Below are positions 23,628-34,811 of a DNA stretch of 57,738 nucleotides, piece by piece; the first letter of the stretch is position 1; each line of letters opens with the position of its first letter. Position numbers and translations under genes: made by a program. The stretch is from Cercozoa sp. M6MM (Eukaryota > Protista > Endomyxa: Ascetosporea). The stretch lies in assembly GCA_040357565.1 (NCBI GenBank), contig JBDODJ010000072.1; one strand, written 5' to 3'. The notes beneath the pieces were generated by a model. The model saw only the letters and a list, made by a program, of their open reading frames with translations. It was not told where the DNA came from and made no database searches.

Positions 23628-26552
23628 ATGGGCGCTATAGAAGAGGTGACCACCTATGTAGATCTGCACAGCATAATGATGTCGAGGTTACATGGACGAT
23701 GTTTGACTGCAGGTGCTGGTGGTGCAACCGGGCGAGAGTGTTGCAACCAGCAAGGGCACTCGCCTTGGCACGCGCATCATTTGGCAGGTACCTCTGTGTG
23801 TGTATATGTGCACAGGGTACAGTCTCTCAATCGTGCAATGCCCCTAGGCGTCGCAATGTCGGCACGTGTCGCGCGAGTTACTGCCGTCGTTCGAGGATCA
23901 CAGGGTGTGTTTCTCAATGTCAACCCACTTGTCTAGTCCCATATATATGCATTTGCAGATACTCGAAATCGCTGGTGACATGTGCTTCCCCGACATACAG
24001 GTAGACCCTACCTACCTCCTACCACCTACCCCCCCCCCCTTAGGGTTTGTTGATGTGTATGTGGTATGGCAGGGATGCTCTGCGTCGCCGCAGACATTTT
24101 GCTTTGTTTTGACGGACGCGCAGCGTGTGCAGCGTTTCGGTTTTGTGGTACACCTGAGCAGTGTGTACACAGCGCAGTACAGACACCGAGGTATGTATTG
24201 TACCACAGGCACGCATGGTGTCGGAGCGACTGGGCGAGGTGGCCGTGTGCGTGCTGACGTCGGTGGCGGCGTTCGGAGTGTTCACGCCGCTTAGCGAGCA
24301 CCTGTTGGAGCGATTTGTGTTCTCGCAGGTAGGCCCTCTTTGCAGTCCAGTCTATTGCTATATACATGTGTATGTATGTATGTATGTATGTATGTATGTA
24401 TGTATGTATGTATGTNNNNNNNNNNTGTATGTATGTATGTATGTATGTATGTATGTATGTATGTATGTATGTATGTGGGTGGGACAGATGTCGTGTGCCA
24501 CGCTGCCGCTGCTGCTGCCTGTGCTGGAGGCGACACGAGAGAGTGTGCCCTGTCGACTCGTCATACCGAAGTACATATACTCTGACTGGGTCGGTGACCT
24601 TGACCTGTCCGCGCGGACATGTACAGGGAGCGGTGCGGCGAGTCACTCGTGTTTCACGCCTGGGATGCGCCGCTTAACGCGCTGCTGATGCGGTTGGAGG
24701 CGAATAAGGTTTACCCCCCCTTTACCCGTGGTTACCCCCCCCCCCCCCCCGTCTACCCCCTGGATGCAGGTGCTGGCGTTGCTGAGTGCGCTGCTGTGCG
24801 AGTGGCGCGTCGTTTTTGTTTCCGACCATGTGCATGTGTCCAACCAAGGTAGTGTGCCTGTACCTCCTTTTACCCCACTCTTACCCTCTCTTGCCCCCTC
24901 TGACCCCCTCTTACCCTTGCGTAGTGTTGCACGGAGTGATGTCGCTGCTGGCGCCTTTTGAGTGGGCACACCAGAGTGCGTTACCCTTGCCCCATGCCCT
25001 CCCCCCCGTTACTCCTNNNNNNNNNNNNNNNNNNNNNNNNNNNNNNNNNNNNNNNNNNNNNNNNNNNNNNNNNNNNNNNNNNNNNNNNNNNNNNNNNNNN
25101 NNNNNNNNNNNNNNNNCCCCCCCCCCCAGTGTGCACCGATGCCGCTGGTGATGGCGGTGACACGCGCGCAGTGGCTGGTGGCGCAGCAGACACTCGAACT
25201 GGACGACCTCCTCGTGGTCGACTGCGATCAGAAAACGCTGCGTCGACACCGTGCGCACCGTCATGTACTTTCGGACTCCGTTTTGTCCCGGTCCTTGTTT
25301 TAGTTAAGGCTGCGGTACCTTCATTGTGCAGTTGATTGAGTTGCCGTCGTTCAACTGCGACGCACTGCGCTGCCTGCGATCGGCCATCGTGTGTGTTTTA
25401 CTGTTACCCCCCTGTTCACCCCCATGTTTACCTCCCTGTTTACCCCCTTACTTATCCCTACCCCCCCCCCCTACCCCAGGGAGGCACAGCGCAACCAGCG
25501 TCGCGGCAAGTCGCTGGCGCCGCTAGAGGAAGGTCTGGTGCGACGTGCCGCCGTGACCTACATGCTGTGTGCCGTGGTACAGTCAGTCACCACTTGGGCT
25601 GGTCTACTTGTACCACGAGGAGGGATGTGGTCCATGTGGACGGTCCACCTTGTAGGTCCACCTTGTAGGTCCACCTTGTACTCTTTTTTGTTAAGGGTGA
25701 CTGGAGACGCCACGTGGCCTTTGTGGAGAGTGCGGCGCAGCGGCGCAGTCGACTGCAGGAGATCATCACGCAGCCCGACGACGACGTCTTTGGCTTCAAC
25801 GAGGCCTCGCCGTACCCCGCACCCTTAACCAAACCTCCCGCACCCTTAATTAAACCTCTCTGTATTTGCGTACAAATGGACGGTCCGTTTCGCTGTGTAG
25901 CCGCGCGCACCGACGCAGAAGCGTCAAAAGCGGCGAGTGGAGCGCCGTCGCCTCCAAGGCACTCTCGGGTATTTGCAGTTTTTGGACCGTCCATGTGTCC
26001 CGTCCATCTGTATCCCGACCATGTGTCTGTTTGGACCGTCCTATTTGATCTGCAGGACTGGTGCAGCACCGACTGCCCGAACACCGCGATTTTGGCACGG
26101 CAGAGTTGGAGTAATCTTCCCTTTCTGCCCCATCTTTACCCCCCCCCCCCCTTTGCCCTTTTGCACATTTTTACCGCTTCTTACCGCTTCTTACCCCCTT
26201 ACCCCCTTTTAGCCCCTTTTACCCTCCCTTACCCTGGGCAGGTTTTTCCGCACGCTGCGGCAGTCGCAAATGTTCGCGCAGTTGGTGCTCGCGCTGTCGT
26301 CGGGTGGTACAGCTGTTCCGTCCGTTTGTCCTGTCCATATGTACACGTGCTTGGCTTGGTGTACATGTGTACCTGGTCCATGTGTACCTAACATGGACAG
26401 AGATGGAGGAGTCGGCCTACCCGGGCCGTCTGTCGTCGCGCGAGTTTTCGGTGCTGTCGCGGCAGGCCGAGCCGCACACGGTCACGCTGTCGGACTGGAC
26501 TGTACCTCGCACCCTTAACGAAAACACGCCCTGTGGTTAAAGGGGAGGACTG

Positions 26553-26603
<51 letters not shown>

Positions 26604-26613
26604 NNNNNNNNNN

Positions 26614-26663
<50 letters not shown>

Positions 26664-28594
26664 AGACGGCCAGTGTGGTGACGGCGTTTGCCGAGACTCA
26701 TCGCGACTTGTTCCTGCACACGCCAGCTGTGCACGAGTGCGTTTTTATCCGCTTACCCCCCTTTACGAACTCCTTTATCCCCGTTGCCCCCTTTCCTCCC
26801 TCTTACCTTATTTTACCCCCCCCCCCCCGAGACAGCGTGGTCACGGCGTGCATCAATGCGACGTCGTCGTCGAAACATGACGTACTGTGTAGCCACATAA
26901 TCTGTAGCCACTTGTGGCCACTTGTAGCCACTTGTAGTCATGTGTAGCCACCTGTAGTCACTTATGTTATTTGTGATATTGTGCAACAGGAGGCGCAGAG
27001 ACAGCGTTGGCAGTCGCAGGTTCTCGCGTCGACTGGCGACGCGCTAGTGCTGCGGTAGTCGCCTTTTACCCCCTCTTCTCCCCTCTCTTTAGCCTATCTT
27101 TACCCCTCACCTTTACCCCCTTTGTACCCCTCTGTACCCCCCCCCCCCGACAGGAGCATCGATGCCGTGCTGCTGCAGCGTCTGATCACGGGCGCCTCTG
27201 GATTCGGTAGCCTGTCTCTCTCAGACTGCCTGAGTGACCAGTGACACCACAGTGACTGGGGAATGATGGGTGCTTCCGCGCGGACAGGCGGTCGTTTGTG
27301 GCAGCACGCGTACCTGTCGCTGCGACTGCTGCAGCTGCTGGCGCAGAGTCGTCACTGCTCGGCGCGCCTGCTTTTCGCGTACGCTTTCCGTCCATATATG
27401 GACCGTCAAGATATGGACCGTCCATTGGACCGTTTATTTGTTGTACCGTCCATCTGGACTGTCCGTGTGCACAGGTGGCAGCGGCGGCAACACACCGAGG
27501 AGAACGAGAGTCTGCAGAAACTCACCGTGTTCTCGGCACACCGCAAGAACGAGGTACACCTGGTCCGACCACCTGATCGATCAGTTTGATCGGTTTTTGA
27601 CGCTTAGATCAACACACGTGTGCGACGGTGCGCGCATGCCGTGTTCGACTTCTTTTCGCACCCGCAGGTACTGTCTTTACCCCCTGCTCCTTTACTTCCC
27701 TTTTTCCCCTTACCCCCCTCCTACCCCCTTGCTCCCAGACGGTAGCAGCAGTGCTGCGACACAAGTGGCAGTCACCGGGACCGCTCGCTTGGACCAAGGT
27801 AGCTTCCCTCTTTCACCTCCTTTCTCCCCTTTATCCCTATACCATTACCCCCCCCCCCCCCAGTGCGCACACGCACTGGAGCTGGACACGCGCGAGTGCG
27901 ACAGTCCTAGTGGTCATCTGAGTGATCATACTGATCGGGATGGTCACTTAAATGATCGCAGTGATCATCTGAGTGATCGCAACACGGTGAGTGACGGTTT
28001 CGCGATCAGTACGACGACGGCGGACCTGCTGAGCGGCGACTGGCGCGACGCCGCCATTCCGACCAGTTTCACGCAATTGCACGATCGCATGCGGCCGCCT
28101 ATCACCTGGCACGTGCCAAGTGACCACCTGAGTGACCACTCAACTGGCGACTCAACTGGCCCAAGTGACCACCCAAGGAACCACCCAGTTGACCACACAG
28201 TCGACCCGCTGCACGACCTGTTGTTTGGCACAACGAGCGTCGGCAACGACGCCTCGACGCACTTTGACTTCTTCGGCACCGTCCGTGCGGACGTTCCTAT
28301 CAAAAGAACGTCTCCTCAGCTGCCTCCGCCTGGACCGACAGTGGCTCCCAGACCGACGGCAGCTCCCAGACTGGTCCACACTGGTGCCACTCAGTCCAGC
28401 AACGACTGGGCCGATTTCGACGCCGCTTTCGGCGAGCACACGCCGCGCGACGCCGCTGCGAATCAGTCTACTGGTATACGAACACTTTTGCCGTGCTTAG
28501 TCTGCCTGGAACACCATTGCTTTTTGCTTTTTTCATGTCTTATGTTGACACAGGCGCAGCAGCCAACGACTTTTTTGACGAGCTGTTCTCATAA
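23628..28594 (+). CDS. DENN-domain protein (putative Rab GEF) with C-terminal ENTH-like domain and endocytic-motif tail; at least 27 introns, one exon probably lost in the N gap
   Basis: uDENN/cDENN motifs MCFPD, FCFVLTDAQRVQRFG, VCVLTS, ALLCEWRVVFVS, SLLAPFEWAH, APMPLVM and LLVVDCD, and the dDENN motif FFRTLRQSQMF. These are followed by an ENTH-like block and a tail with DLL and WADFD motifs, ending DFFDELFS-TAA (28592-28594). Start Met inferred. Confidence 0.85.
24369..24476 (+). repeat. (TATG)n intronic microsatellite with 10-N gap
   Basis: Perfect tetranucleotide run in a DENN-gene intron. Confidence 0.95.
26557..26660 (+). repeat. (TG)n intronic microsatellite with 10-N gap
   Basis: Perfect run ending at the AG acceptor. 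Confidence 0.95.
26890..26962 (+). repeat. 10-bp intronic minisatellite (consensus CTTGTAGCCA)
   Basis: tctgtagcca cttgtggcca cttgtagcca cttgtagtca tgtgtagcca cctgtagtca. Confidence 0.9.
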
Positions 28595-28993
28595 CACCCA
28601 AATCGTCGTAGTGCTTCTGTATATGCACTCATTCATTCAGTTTTAGCGATCAAAAGCATTGCTTTTACAGTGAACCTAACCCGGCGTCACGATGTGCACC
28701 CTTAAACAAGTCGATTATGTCGATTATCGCGAAAGCATGTGTGTACAGTACAGTACCACAGTGCTAGTGGTAGGTATTCTTGATCTGTGTGGTGAGTCTC
28801 TCGTTAGATCCAAGCTGACTTGGCACAACAAATCAAAACACGAAACGACTGCGCGATGCCGCCAAAATCAAGTGTGTCTCGTTTTGTCTCCTCCAGGTGG
28901 GTGTGTCGAGTGAAGCTATGATTAATGTGGATCGTGTGTCTTACAGAGCGCGGTTTCGGTCGTCGAACCAAGCGTGATCGGAAACAGTCCACA

Positions 28994-30536
28994 ATGTTTC
29001 AGCACGGAGTGAGGCACACTCCCATCACTGTGGACCGGTACAAATAGGACACTGCTGGCTGTTTAACCCCTTACTTTCCTTTCACGCCTTTGTTATTTTT
29101 GTGCGACCATAGCGGCAATTTTGACTCGCATTCGAGCACCACAATCAGAGGACGACAGAACGCCATCGATATAGAGGTGGGGGGTATGGCGAGGGGGTAG
29201 GGGTATCAAAGGTTAAAGGGTGAAAAGGAAGGGGAGGGAATGAACTGGTTCGTGTGCGCAGTCGGAGTCTTCGGAGATCAACCTGGCGTTGCCGCGGTCT
29301 TCGCTGGCAGAGTTGGCGGCCGCTGACAAAAACGACGGCGACAGCACCGACGACGACGTGGTCGATCTCACTGTGTGTTTTCTCCTTTACCCCCCCCCCC
29401 CCCCCACACACACTCTACCCTTTACCCTTACCCCATTTACTCCTACTCTTTGTACCCCTGCCCTTAATCTCCCTTTGTTCCAGACGGAAAGAATACACGA
29501 AAGTCCAGAGTTGGAACCGTCGGCGAAGCGAAGGAAAGTGAGCATCCCGGTGCTGCCTGGGCACAGACCACAGCCATGTATCTCGGTAACTCCTCCTTTA
29601 CCCCTTTGGCTCTTCTCTTTAGCCCTTCTCTTTAGCCCTTTTAATCTCCTTGTAACCCCTTGGTACAGAGCGATGAAGAAGATGCCGCGAGTGACTACGA
29701 TTTGAGTCTGAACCGTTCGTCGGCACCGGCGCCGATCGATCGGCGTGGACACGTGCAGTTGCGACCCGAGCAGTCACGACCCGAGGTGGACAGCCTGCTG
29801 GGTCCCCGTGTTATCGATCAGTCTCGGAGTTCTTTTGGTCTGCTCACCATCACTGAAGACACCTGCAGCGGCAGTTCTTCGCACACTGACGTTGGCGACG
29901 AGGACATCGTTGTACAAATACCTGAGGTAGCCCCCCCCCCCCCGCACCCCTGGCCCCTTTACCCCCCCCCCTTTACCCTTTACTCCCTTGTCATGTAGAA
30001 CGAGCCAGAGGGCTTGGCGATGATCGATGACGACATCAACGACGACGTGTGCGACCTGCCGCACGTGTCACTCGACTCGATCGACGATGCCGACCCTGTG
30101 CTGGCCAAGGCCAAGGCCGACCTGCGACAGGTGCCTTACCTCCCGTCTACCCTACCCTACCCTACCCTAACCTTACCTCTTGTAACATGCGTATGCCTCC
30201 TAGGGAGTCTACTCGGAGAAAGGTTTCGCTCGTGTCATGCGTCTGCTGCTGCCACTCGTTTCCGCGCGGATAGACAGTACCGGCAGTATCTGCAACAGCG
30301 ACAGCGAATGTATCAACAACAACGGCAACCACGACAACAACAACAACAACAACAGCAACAATAACAACAACGACAACAACAACAACAACAACAGCAACAA
30401 CCCCTGTGAACCAGTCGATTTGGGCAACAGTGTCAGCATACACGACGTCAGTGCCGGCTGCAACAACCGAGCACAGCACGACTACGCACTCGACTGCGAC
30501 ACTGGCCTCGGTAGTCTCAGCGACAGCAGCATCTAG
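28994..30536 (+). CDS. Hypothetical acidic disordered nuclear protein with several SIM-like motifs
   Basis: In-frame GT-AG splicing gives MFQHGVRHTPITVDR|GNF..AIDIE|SESSE..DDDVVDLT|TERIHESPELEPSAKRRK..DEDIVVQIPE|..DPVLAKAKADLRQ|GVYSEKGFARVMRLLLP, then poly-Asn and a stop. Confidence 0.6.
30314..30400 (+). repeat. (CAA/AAC)n coding repeat (poly-Asn)
   Basis: Imperfect trinucleotide run in the last exon of the poly-SIM gene. Confidence 0.9.
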
Positions 30537-30773
30537 AGTATCATTGATCGATGGAACTGAACTCGAACGTTCAGTTCGGCTTTTGAATTTCGTTTGTCTA
30601 GATCGGTTGTGCAGGCACATCATTATGATAGATAAATCAATAAACTTGCGTTACACACTACTGTGACAGACCTCTCGTTGCGTTGACCATGATTATTGGA
30701 GGGCCGGCCCGGCAGTCAGGAATCGAGCGGTGTGTCGTTTCGTGAGGGACGCGAAAACGGCAGGGCAGTGATG

Positions 30774-32368
30774 TCAAGTCTGTACCTCGTCAGCAGTGGC
30801 GATGCGACGCGGCAAACCAGTGTTGGGGTCCACGTTGAGGCACGAGGAGCCGGTGATCCCAGCGGAGGCACAGGGCAGCGCCGAAGGCATGTCACTCGGC
30901 GAAACAGCGACCAGCGACTGCAGGAAGGCGCACACCTCGGCCGGGCTGCGCATGCCAGAGACTGCCGGTGCCGTCGACACGGGCGTCTCATGTTCTTCCT
31001 CTTCCAATTCTTCCTCCTCTGCCCCCTGTCCTTGTTCTTCAGCCTGTCCTTCCTTTTGTTGCGGAACAGTCTCGCTCGGAACAGTCTCGCTCGGAACAGT
31101 CTCGCTGGGAGTAGTCTCGTCCGGCACGACCTCGTCCTGGTCCTGCTCATCAGTGACGGCGGCGATGGACACGTTGGCCACCAGCACCGGCATCTGCTCG
31201 TGCTGCAACAGGCCGGCACTCTCTCCGACACGCACGACCAGGATACCGTCGGCTGCAACATGCATTTATATATATATATAGATACATATATATATATATA
31301 TATATAGATACCATATGATATCTATTAAATAAACTAGATATACGAAATACATCACACATACTACACTTACACTATATATTCTATAGATACGAAACTTATG
31401 ACACATGCTTCTCCATACCACATACACTACATATATCAACATATATGCATACCTTCGACCACATCGCCAGGTCGCAGTGCGTGGTCGCGTGCCGTTCTCC
31501 TGGCCAGGAAGCGCGCGTGTCCAAACGCCTGCGACAGCGGCAGTGCCACCAGCTCGCTGGGCCAGCCTGAGTTCTCTTGGTCATCGGAACCACAGAGGAA
31601 CACAGTGGTCTGCTTGCTCACTGGCATTGGAAGTGCCACGGGCTACCTTGTTCACACACACACACACACACATATAGAGTAGACACAGGTACTGGTGAGG
31701 TAGGTGGTACCGCGCGTGTCTGCTGCATCGTGGTCCACAGGAACTCGGGACGAAAGTGTCGCTGGAACCACTGCGAGAAGTGCTCCAAACCGGCACGCAG
31801 CGGCGTCGTGGGCTGGTAGCCCAGCACACTGTGTGTTCAGGCAGACCACCCGTAGCGTAGAGTACAGGGATAGTCGGGTTAGTAGGCGGTGGTACATGAG
31901 TAGTAGTACATGGGTAGTAGTACAGGGGAGTAGGGTAATACATGGATAGTAGAATAATACATGGATAGTAGGTAATCCAAGAATAGGGGTAGTACAGGGA
32001 TAGTAGGATAATAGTACGTCATAGTCGTACATAGTAGCAGTATATGGCAGTCGTACAAGGTAGTGGTACCTACGCGAGCGTGCAATACTCGCGTGCGTAC
32101 GTTTCACGTCGCCCGGCGCCGCTGGTTTGTACTCGATGCGTGCTGTTGTGTCCATCACGTCCTATGACAGGGGGCAGATACAAAGGGGGTGACGAGAGGG
32201 TAACATGGGGTAGCAGAGGGCGGGGAAGGGGTAACACAGGGGGTAGAGGGGTGGGGCACCTCGAGCGTGCGCACAAAGTCCATGAGCGAGACGGGCGTGC
32301 TGTCGCCGAGGTTGAGCACATCGACACACGAGGAGGCGAACTCGGCAGCGTTGCTGTCGCTGAACTGT

Positions 32369-32431
<63 letters not shown>

Positions 32432-34244
32432 NNNNNNNNNNNNNNNNNNNNNNNNNNNNNNNNNNNNNNNNNNNNNNNNNNNNNNNNNNNNNNNNNNNNN
32501 NNNNNNNNNNNNNNNNNNNNNNNNNNNNNNNACACACACACACACACACACACACACATAACAGGGGGGTAAAGGGGGAAGGTGGCAACTGCACCTTGTC
32601 CTGACTCATGAGAGCGGCGAACTTGAGCACAGCCATGTCGGGTCGACCCCAGGGTCCTGTTAACACGTGCGCGTGTGTGTGCATTGAGATCACTCAGACT
32701 CAGTAAGAATGAGTGACGGTTAGTCACACACAGGTACCGTAGACGGTGAAGAAACGCAGGCCGATCATGCAGATGTCGTGCAGGTGCGAGTACGTGTGTG
32801 CGATCAGTTCGTCGGCCTTCTTGCTGGCCGCGTACAGTGACACCGGACGGTTCACCAGGTCGCTCTCAGCAAAGGGTACCTGCCCACACACATTTTTGTG
32901 TCGCCCCTTTAACAGAAAAAACAACACACACACACACCTCCCCCTTAACTAAAGAGAGGTATGGGCGGCTACCTTCTTGTTGCCGCCGTAGACGCTGCTG
33001 CTGCTGGCGTACACCAGTCGGATCGGAGCCGCAGCGATTTCTTCCTGCTTCCGCGCGGACGTTGTCACAGCGGCGATGGCGTCCAGCAGCGTCACGAAAC
33101 AGTCGACGTTGGCGCGCACGTAACTTGCCGGGTTCTGCGTCGAGTACCGCACGCCTGCCGACACAGGGAAGGAGGTAGAAGGGGGGGGGGGTAATTAAGG
33201 CGGAAGAGGTAAGGCAAGTACCGGCCTGCGCAGCGAGGTGCACGACATGCGTGACGCCGTAGCTGACCAGGAGGTCCGTCATGAGCGACTGGTCGCACAC
33301 GTCGCCGTTGACCACTTCGGCACCCGTGTGCTGTCGCAGGTGGTCGGCGCGTGCCATCTGTCAGGGTGCAAGGGCACAGGGGGTATACGGTATACAGGTA
33401 TCGAGTAATACAGGTATAGGGTATAGAGGTATAGGGTACAGGGGTATCGGGTATAGGGTATAGGTATTGGGATAGAGGTACAGGGATACAGGTAGAGAGG
33501 TACAAAGTATAAGAACAATACGGGTCTCGACAAGGAGACAAGGATATACCTTGAGTGCAGGTGAGTAATAGGCGTTGAAATTGTCGACACCGACGACGCG
33601 TTTCACGTCGCTTCGTTTCGACAGAGCGTACTATTTTCGCACCAAGGTAAGAGGGGTAACGGGGGGGGGGGGGGTAACAGGGGGGTAAAACACGAATGTA
33701 CCGCAGTGGACATGCCGATGAAGCCGGCAGCGCCAGTGACGAGAACAACCTTGTCGCGTGTCAGTACAGCAGGTACCTCACCCAGCACACCGTCCTCCTC
33801 ACCAGTGGCACCATCTTCCGCTGCGGTAACACCGTCTTCCTGAGTAACACCGCCGTCATCAGCGAAATCGGCATCAGCAACTGCGCCGGGACGATCGGCA
33901 AAGTGACTGTTGTCATGCCCCGGGTCATACGACGGTTCCCTCTGGTCTGGTAACACGCAAAACGTGAGGAGATGAAACAAAGCATAGGAGGTGTAAGCAC
34001 AGGTGCCAAAAGATCAACAGAGAAAGCAGAGAAAGCAGAGAAAGCAAGAGAAGGCAGAACGCGTGGTACCACGCTCGATGAGCTTCGGAGCATTCTGCGA
34101 CGACGACGACAGCAGGTACAGCAGAAACACTGCGCATGCACAGCATATGTCAACACTGCTACCAACCAACCCAACAGAAACGCTCCTTCTGGTACCGATC
34201 GAGAAAATCAGAGTGCCGATCCGCACCTCGCGACGCCGCCACAT
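30774..34244 (-). CDS. UDP-glucuronate 4-epimerase-like extended SDR (GAE/CapI type), type II membrane anchor, C-terminal extension; part lies in the N gap
   Basis: N-terminal anchor [23 protein letters not shown], then [87 protein letters not shown] and LGYQPTT. Confidence 0.93.
32373..32558. repeat. (TG)n / 100-N gap / (CA)n inside the epimerase gene
   Basis: Oppositely oriented dinucleotide runs flank a scaffold gap that probably hides an exon. Confidence 0.9.
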
Positions 34245-34811
34245 GCGCTCACACTGAGAAAGACCCACGTGGATACCAATAAACTCGCGCCTGTATGTAC
34301 CAAGCCTACAATAGAACGGCGGTGCCATGGTGACCGTCGGTCGTCGTGGCCAAACATCACGCCACTCGAGCACTACTGGGGCGTCAAACTGATCCAGAAG
34401 CAAAGAAATAATCTCGATCGCTCGACTGGCATGAAAATTCGATTTCCAACACGATGACATACCAAATGTCGCTTTTACGGCAATCCCTAAGTGTCCCTAA
34501 GATAAAGCCGCGTTCGGACAGCTGCAAACGACCGATACAGCCTCGTGCGGTACGGGCAGTCAGATTAAAAATATTTTCTTTGCCTGGCATTGATGGACGC
34601 TGTGTCCAGCTGTAGCCACAAATAACAATCTGATTCTGGATTCTGTAATCAAAAACACATCACCCCAAGTTGTTCTATGCACAGCACCGATTTCCGTCAG
34701 TACAATTGTACAATAATAGCGAGGGGTCACTCGGGCAAAGTAGTAGTTTAGTGCACGTTGTGCCGTGTGGTCAGATCGCTGTTTTTGTAACTTTCCTTAC
34801 CGCGCGTTTCT

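Noticed and set aside
25630-27474. CRISPR-like array from palindromic repeats
   Set aside because: The repeats are 11-13 bp, irregularly spaced, lie inside spliceosomal introns, and there are no cas genes.
23628-28594. A single introner family explaining the DENN introns
   Set aside because: The introns share compositional grammar but no alignable full-length sequence, terminal inverted repeats or consistent TSDs by eye. An old, decayed origin cannot be excluded.
24709-29670. Interstitial telomeric repeats
   Set aside because: The units are CCCTTA/CCCTTTA (TAAGGG/TAAAGGG on the other strand), not CCCTAA/CCCTAAA. They are degenerate and confined to introns.
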